A DNA stretch of 32,000 bases from Nostoc punctiforme PCC 73102 (lineage in GTDB: Bacteria; Cyanobacteriota; Cyanobacteriia; Cyanobacteriales; Nostocaceae). Of this stretch, positions 10,414 to 15,665 are shown one piece after another; the stretch's first letter is position 1, and each line of letters starts with the position of its first letter. The stretch covers positions 7,260,001-7,292,000 of the forward strand of contig NC_010628.1 of assembly GCF_000020025.1 (NCBI RefSeq), read 5' to 3'. The notes under the pieces are model-generated. The model was not told where the DNA came from, did not search any database, and was given only the letters and a program-made list of their open reading frames with translations. The translations under genes and the position numbers were made by a program.

Positions 10414-11364
10414 ATGGTGAAACTGATTTTACCCGATCATCTCATTGCTGATATTGAGCCACACCTACCATCTGATATAGATGTTGTGGAGGTGGATAGT
10501 GAAGGTAATCTTGATGGTGATGTCAGTGATGCAGAAGTTTATGTCAACGGATTTTACCTGAAAACTTCTACTCTTGACAAAGTGCTGACAGCAGCGCCCA
10601 GGCTGCGTTGGCAACAGTCACCGAGTGCTGGCGTGAATCACATCCTTACGCCAAATTTTTTGCAAAAAGATATTATCCTCACTAATGGCGCGGGGGTTCA
10701 TGCGATTCCAATTTCGGAATTTGTACTGGCATTCATGCTCTATCACGCCAAGAATCTGCGGAAATTGCAAACTTTGCAGGATGAACACACCTGGGTAAGA
10801 GGAGTGTTTCTCGAAGAGCTAGCAGACGCGACTTTATTAATTCTCGGCACAGGGAATATAGGTCAAGCGATCGCATCTCGCGCTAAAGCCTTTGGTGTTA
10901 AAGTTTGGGGGAGCCGCCGCCATCCCGAACCCCTACCGAATTTTGATAAAGTAGTGGGTGCTGATGAATGGCGATCGCTCCTACCCGCAGCCGACTATGT
11001 AGTAATTGCCACGCCACTAACCCCAGAAACGAAAGGCTTGATCGATGAAGCCGCCTTACGCTCTATGCGTCAGTCTGCTTACTTAATTAATATTGCTCGT
11101 GGTGCGATCGTCGATGAAACAGCATTGCTCACCGCACTAAGTGAGGGATGGATTGCAGGTGCTGGATTAGATACAGTGGCTACAGAACCTCTACCACCGG
11201 AAAGTCCTTTGTGGTCGTTGCCGAACGCCTTTATCACACCCCATTGTTCAGCCCTGTCACCACGACTGAGAGAGCGCATAGCACAACTGTTTATCGACAA
11301 TCTTAAACGCTACCAAACCGGTCAACCCTTGCGGAATGTCGTAGACAAGAAAGCAGGATACTGA
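10414..11364 (+). CDS. D-isomer-specific 2-hydroxyacid dehydrogenase family protein (paralog 2)
   Basis: 316 aa, colinear with the upstream gene over its full length. By eye, roughly two-thirds of residues are identical. It has the same R/E/H contexts and an almost identical C-terminus (FIDNLKRYQ.GQPLRNVVDK.AGY). Confidence 0.85.
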   Translation: MVKLILPDHLIADIEPHLPSDIDVVEVDSEGNLDGDVSDAEVYVNGFYLKTSTLDKVLTAAPRLRWQQSPSAGVNHILTPNFLQKDIILTNGAGVHAIPISEFVLAFMLYHAKNLRKLQTLQDEHTWVRGVFLEELADATLLILGTGNIGQAIASRAKAFGVKVWGSRRHPEPLPNFDKVVGADEWRSLLPAADYVVIATPLTPETKGLIDEAALRSMRQSAYLINIARGAIVDETALLTALSEGWIAGAGLDTVATEPLPPESPLWSLPNAFITPHCSALSPRLRERIAQLFIDNLKRYQTGQPLRNVVDKKAGY

Positions 11365-11487
11365 TTGGGAATTGGGAATTGGGCATCGAGAAGAGACATA
11401 GGAGACAAGGAAGATGGGGGAGACAAGGGAGAAACTTGAATAATTCTCCCCTTGTCCTCCCTCTCCCCCTGCTCCCCTACCTCTTCG
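11363..11487. repeat. G-rich/C-rich hairpin repeat (dispersed family, copy 2)
   Basis: It starts on the stop codon of the dehydrogenase (tgattgggaattgggaattggg). The core 11382-11480 is nearly identical to 3068-3158. The loop acttgaataa is flanked by ggggagacaagggagaa / ttctccccttgtcctccc. Confidence 0.75.
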
Positions 11488-11566
11488 ATCGCTCTCCGAA
11501 CACAAGAATCAAAAGCAATGCTTAAACCTTAGACTAGGGTTAGGTTTGTGGCTTTATTTTCTAGTA

Positions 11567-11581
11567 TGATAAATATTATCA
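11567..11581. promoter_or_regulatory. Fur-box-like palindrome TGATAAATATTATCA
   Basis: It matches 14 of 15 positions of the 7-1-7 Fur consensus TGATAATnATTATCA as I recall it, and is a perfect 6-3-6 inverted repeat. It overlaps a -10-like TATTAT, lies 330 bp upstream of the NDH-2 gene, and sits in an AT-rich intergenic region. Confidence 0.35.
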
Positions 11582-11910
11582 TCGCTCTATCGTGAAACTC
11601 TTGTGTAGAAAGGATCTCATCCTTTTATCTGAGGAAAGTGACACAAGCTGTTTACGGACGCGCTCGCTTCCGTTATGGATGGGAGAAACAAGCCAAATCC
11701 TCTTTCCTCCTGCCTCCTGCCTTCTGCCTCCTGCCTTGTTTCTTGCAAGAGGGATATCTAGAGAAGCAGTCCAGTAGAAGTAGTGAATACTAACTTTGAA
11801 TACTTTTAGTATTTTTTCAATTGTTCTAAATAAACAGCAACCATTAGCATAATGCTGTTACATCTTTGTTAAGAATAGTTACAAGTTCTTAACACAAGGA
11901 AATATCTCGT

Positions 11911-13257
11911 ATGGTAGTCTCACTTGAAAATAATGCACCACATCGGGTTGTCATTGTTGGTGGTGGCTTTGGTGGACTGTATGCAGCAAAGGCTCTGAAT
12001 GCAGCGAATGTAAATGTTACTCTCATTGATAAACGAAACTTTCACCTATTTCAGCCGCTCTTATATCAAGTTGCCACAGGTACGCTATCACCATCTGATA
12101 TTTCCGCACCATTGCGATCTGTATTCAGCAAAAGCAAGAATACAAAGGTGTTGTTGGGAGAAGTAAATAATATTGATCCAAAAGCGCAACAAGTTATTTT
12201 GGGTGATGAGATAGTACCTTATGATACATTAATTGTTGCCACAGGTGCTAACCATTCCTATTTCGGTAAGGATCACTGGGAAAAAGTTGCTCCTGGCTTG
12301 AAAACTGTGGAAGATGCTATAGAAATGCGTCGCCGAATATTTGGCGCATTTGAAGCAGCAGAAAAAGAAACTGATCCTGAAAAACGTTGTGCTTGGTTGA
12401 GTTTTGTGATTGTGGGGGGTGGCCCGACTGGTGTAGAGTTAGCAGGTGCGATCGCAGAATTGGCATACAAAACTCTCAAAGAAGATTTCCGCAGCATCGA
12501 CACTTCAGAAACGAAAATTTTACTATTACAAGGGGGCCCTCGCATCCTCCCACACATGGTGCCAGAGTTATCGGCATCAGCAGCAGTATCTTTGCAAAAG
12601 TTGGGTGTAGAACTCCACACTCACACCAGAGTGACAAATATTGAAGGTGATGTTGTTACTTTCAAGCAAGACAATGAATTTACAGAAATTGCCTCAAAAA
12701 CTATATTGTGGGCAGCAGGTGTCCAAGGTTCCCCAATGGGGAAAGTCTTAGCAGAAAGTACAGGTGTAGAGTGCGATTACTCTGGGCGTGTAATTGTAGA
12801 ACCTGACTTGTCTATCGAGGGTTATGACAACATTTTCGTAATTGGAGATTTAGCTAACTTCTCCCACCAAGATAGTAAAGTCTTACCTGGTGTTGCACCC
12901 GTAGCTAAACAACAAGGAGAGTATGTAGGTAAACTAATTCAACGACGGCTTAAAGGTAAGACTTTGCCACAATTTCATTACAACGATGTGGGTAGTTTGG
13001 CGATGATTGGGCAAAATTTAGCTGTTGTAGATTTAAGCTTAATCAAACTCACAGGTTTCATTGCTTGGGCATTTTGGCTATTAGTTCACATCTACTTCTT
13101 AATCGAGTTTGACACTAAATTACTAGTAGTATTTCAGTGGGCGTGGAATTATATCACTCGTAATCGTCGCTCTAGATTGATTACAGGTCGGGAAGCTTTT
13201 GTAGAAGCAAAAACTGCTAACAATAGGGTGCAAGAGCCTTCTGGGACAGCTCTGTAA
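11911..13257 (+). CDS. Type 2 NADH dehydrogenase (NDH-2) / FAD-dependent pyridine nucleotide-disulfide oxidoreductase family
   Basis: 448 aa. It has two dinucleotide-binding motifs (VVIVGGGFGGLYAAKAL and FVIVGGGPTGVELAG), the motif GDLA, and a C-terminal hydrophobic membrane-association segment. Confidence 0.85.
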   Translation: MVVSLENNAPHRVVIVGGGFGGLYAAKALNAANVNVTLIDKRNFHLFQPLLYQVATGTLSPSDISAPLRSVFSKSKNTKVLLGEVNNIDPKAQQVILGDEIVPYDTLIVATGANHSYFGKDHWEKVAPGLKTVEDAIEMRRRIFGAFEAAEKETDPEKRCAWLSFVIVGGGPTGVELAGAIAELAYKTLKEDFRSIDTSETKILLLQGGPRILPHMVPELSASAAVSLQKLGVELHTHTRVTNIEGDVVTFKQDNEFTEIASKTILWAAGVQGSPMGKVLAESTGVECDYSGRVIVEPDLSIEGYDNIFVIGDLANFSHQDSKVLPGVAPVAKQQGEYVGKLIQRRLKGKTLPQFHYNDVGSLAMIGQNLAVVDLSLIKLTGFIAWAFWLLVHIYFLIEFDTKLLVVFQWAWNYITRNRRSRLITGREAFVEAKTANNRVQEPSGTAL

Positions 13258-13554
13258 CTTCGGGTATCACAGCATTTGCCGACTGGTAGAATTGTTAAAG
13301 CGGACGAGAGGACGAGAGTACCAAACATCTACCAGATTGGTAAAGTCTGCCAAATTATAGCTAAGGAAAACCCCAAATTTAGGGGCAAGGATGGGTGTTG
13401 GCATAGCCTCTTCAAGAACTATGCGTTTTGTCAACTACTTCTACTCGACTAGCGCTGTAGCAGAGGTTCTGAGGTAGAAATATTTATCAACTAAATCAAT
13501 GTTATCGCTGATAACCTGATATAGCATTTCCTAATCACATGAGGTACATCATAG

Positions 13555-13582
13555 CCCCCTCCCCGCGTAAGCGAGGAGGGGG
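13555..13582. repeat. Small dispersed hairpin repeat with a GNRA-type loop (ccccctcc-c-cgc GTAA gcg-a-ggaggggg)
   Basis: The inverted repeat was read directly from the sequence. The overlapping 66-aa track ORF is probably an artefact. Confidence 0.55.
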
Positions 13583-13931
13583 TTGGGGTTCTAAGGGTCG
13601 AGAACCGCTATAAGACTTTTTATGACTAAACAATACAAAGTACTTGGAATTGACTTTTAAACACCTAACTATAGAAGTCTTTTTCATGCTGTGTTTATTG
13701 AAGAAACAGCTTAATTTAGATTCATGGTTAAACAACAGGTTCTGAACACGGCTTGCACAAAACCAAACAACTAAGGCTCTATTGAAAATAAGAAATAATA
13801 TTTATTTTCATCAAACTCTAAGCCGCTACATTCCAGTAAATGTAGGTTCAAATAGAAAGTTCACATCTGTGCAAACCACAACTTAATCTCAACTTGACCA
13901 GATCACAATCAACACCCAAAGGACAAAAAAA

Positions 13932-14693
13932 ATGACACTTTACAATCTTGGTACATTAGGTAGCACCCCTGTTGTCAAAAATAACTTTGATTTAAATGCA
14001 TCTGAACCCACGGATGTCTTTCAGTTCAAAATCACCAGTGGCAAAAACATCAACCTGTCTCTGACAGACATCAGCGCTGGCGATGATGCCGACATCCAGC
14101 TGTTTAAGGACGCTAACCTTAACGGTGTATTGGACGACTTCGACCGAAAAGTTGGACTTGTTTCCAATCAAGCAAGCAACCATGATGACGCGATTAACTT
14201 TAAAACTAGCTCAGGTACTTTTTTTGCCGAAGTATCTCGCTTTGCTCCAGGTAGTTCAGGCAATGTCAGTTACGATTTAGCCTTGTCTGCGACTGAACCG
14301 TCTGGAACTGTTCCCCTTTCAGCCAGTTTCAGCAACCTTCTACCGAGAGAATTTATAGTTGGTAACCTGTCACATGATGTCACTCGTACAGGTTCCATAG
14401 ATAACCGCAACACTACTGATGTTTACAGCTTCACTTTGGGAACCTTTGAGGGTGTCAACATTAAATTGAACGGATTAAGCAGCGATGCTGACATCCGGCT
14501 GATTCGAGACTTTAACAACAATCGCATCGTTGACGCCGGAGAGGAAATTGCACACTCTACTAATGGAGGTATTAACTCAGAGCTTATTTCCAACTTTACC
14601 ACCGCTGGTAACTACTTCTTACAGGTCACTGAATTCAATGGTGCCACTAATTACAACCTGACTTTTGACCAGTTCACCACCCCCTTTGCTTAA
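13932..14693 (+). CDS. Secretion-candidate protein with two PPC (pre-peptidase C-terminal)-like beta-sandwich modules
   Basis: 253 aa. There are two internal repeats (TDVFQFKI...DDADIQLFKD... and TDVYSFTL...SDADIRLIRD...) that match the D.Y.F...DADL.L pattern I associate with PPC domains. There is no signal peptide, no Cys and no Trp, and about 30 acidic against about 15 basic residues by my count. Confidence 0.65.
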   Translation: MTLYNLGTLGSTPVVKNNFDLNASEPTDVFQFKITSGKNINLSLTDISAGDDADIQLFKDANLNGVLDDFDRKVGLVSNQASNHDDAINFKTSSGTFFAEVSRFAPGSSGNVSYDLALSATEPSGTVPLSASFSNLLPREFIVGNLSHDVTRTGSIDNRNTTDVYSFTLGTFEGVNIKLNGLSSDADIRLIRDFNNNRIVDAGEEIAHSTNGGINSELISNFTTAGNYFLQVTEFNGATNYNLTFDQFTTPFA

Positions 14694-14764
14694 CTTTAGG
14701 CATTGGCAGTGATGAGTAGTACTTGAAAGTTTTGTACGGCAATGCTTTCAAGGGTATGCAAATG

Positions 14765-14807
14765 ATGCAAGCGGTACAAATCCATACCTGAACTTTACCG
14801 CTTGCAT
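14765..14807 (+). terminator. Hairpin with a perfect 12-bp stem (atgcaagcggta / taccgcttgcat), a 19-nt loop and a T-rich tail
   Basis: The inverted repeat was read directly from the sequence and is followed by ttctaaattt. It lies between the PPC-protein gene and the parvulin-like gene. Confidence 0.5.
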
Positions 14808-14848
14808 TTCTAAATTTATCTCTGCACGGCGCAAATATTTACACAAAT

Positions 14849-15649
14849 ATGAATAAAACATTACAACTAGGCGATGTCTACGACGGGCGTAGCGGCAGCG
14901 CCATCTTACCGCCAGAAATTATCCCCTTTTTAGCTAGTTACAATCTAATCCCGCAATTGTTATCTCAGAGCATTATCGAGTCTGCGATCGCACCAATCAC
15001 CTGTACACCAGCTGAAACATCTCATGCTCTAGAACAATTTTATCAGCAGTGGGATTTAAACAGTGAAGAAAAAATTCAATCTTGGTGCTTACGTTACGGT
15101 TTAACTCAAGAACAATTAGAACTTTTTGCAACCCGAAAGCTCAGAGTCGAAAAGTTTAAGCAAATAACTTGGGGACATCAACTAGAATCTTACTTCCTTA
15201 AATACAAAAGACATTTTGATAAAGTAATTTATTCTTTAATTCGGACTGATAACAGAGGAACTGCTAACGAGCTATATTTCCGAATTACAGAAGGGGAACA
15301 GTCATTTGCTGAGTTGGCGCATGAATATTCTCAAGGCCCTGAAGCTGAGACAAGTGGCATCATCGGCCCAGTGGAAGTTGGTACAATCACCCCAAATTTT
15401 GCTCAGTTACTTTGCACAAGTCAAGTGGGTATAGTTCAAGCACCTGTAGCCTTTGGAGAATCATGGGTGATTGTCCGGGTGGAAAAGTTTATAACTGCAC
15501 AGTTAGACAATTTTATGCGCCAACGATTGCTGCAAGAGAATTTTGAAACTTGGTTTCAACAGCAACTAAGTCAACTTTCGGCAGAAGAGAAAACCTGGAT
15601 GGGAATCAACACAAAACCAGCACAGGTTCAACAAGCCATCGCTGCATAG
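14849..15649 (+). CDS. Parvulin-like (PpiC-type) peptidyl-prolyl isomerase family protein, probably non-catalytic
   Basis: 266 aa with no signal peptide. Residues about 124-213 align by eye to E. coli Par10 (SFAELAHEYSQGPEAETSGIIGPV against [24 protein letters not shown]). Both signature His positions are substituted. Confidence 0.65.
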   Translation: MNKTLQLGDVYDGRSGSAILPPEIIPFLASYNLIPQLLSQSIIESAIAPITCTPAETSHALEQFYQQWDLNSEEKIQSWCLRYGLTQEQLELFATRKLRVEKFKQITWGHQLESYFLKYKRHFDKVIYSLIRTDNRGTANELYFRITEGEQSFAELAHEYSQGPEAETSGIIGPVEVGTITPNFAQLLCTSQVGIVQAPVAFGESWVIVRVEKFITAQLDNFMRQRLLQENFETWFQQQLSQLSAEEKTWMGINTKPAQVQQAIAA

Positions 15650-15665
15650 AACTTATTAAAATAGG

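Noticed and set aside
9378-11364. The tandem dehydrogenases as phosphite dehydrogenase (PtxD), with the adjacent ABC genes as ptxABC.
   Set aside because: The adjacent monooxygenase matches SsuD clearly, and the permease and ATPase are of the NitT/TauT (Ssu) type. No phosphonate-binding protein gene is present. Sequence reading alone cannot assign PtxD specificity.
11592-11777. A 61-aa GTG-initiated ORF between the Fur-like box and the NDH-2 gene.
   Set aside because: Its C-terminal half is a translation of CCTCCTGCC-type repeats. There is no ribosome-binding context and no recognisable motif. A non-coding leader or an sRNA is more plausible.
11867-11883. An NtcA/CRP-type site (TGTTAAGAATAGTTACA) upstream of the NDH-2 gene.
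   Set aside because: The spacing is TGT-N11-ACA rather than the required TGT-N10-ACA (GTA-N8-TAC), and the half-sites read GTT/TTA.
13932-13990. A double-glycine (GG/GA) leader at the N-terminus of the PPC-repeat protein, which would make it a C39-processed bacteriocin-like precursor.
   Set aside because: The N-terminus (MTLYNLGTLGSTPVVKNNF) has no LSxxELxxIxGG-type motif or GG/GA cleavage site. The exporter's C39-like domain lacks Cys and His, so leader cleavage is not expected. I also found no small ORFs with such leaders at 13260-13931 or 14694-14848.
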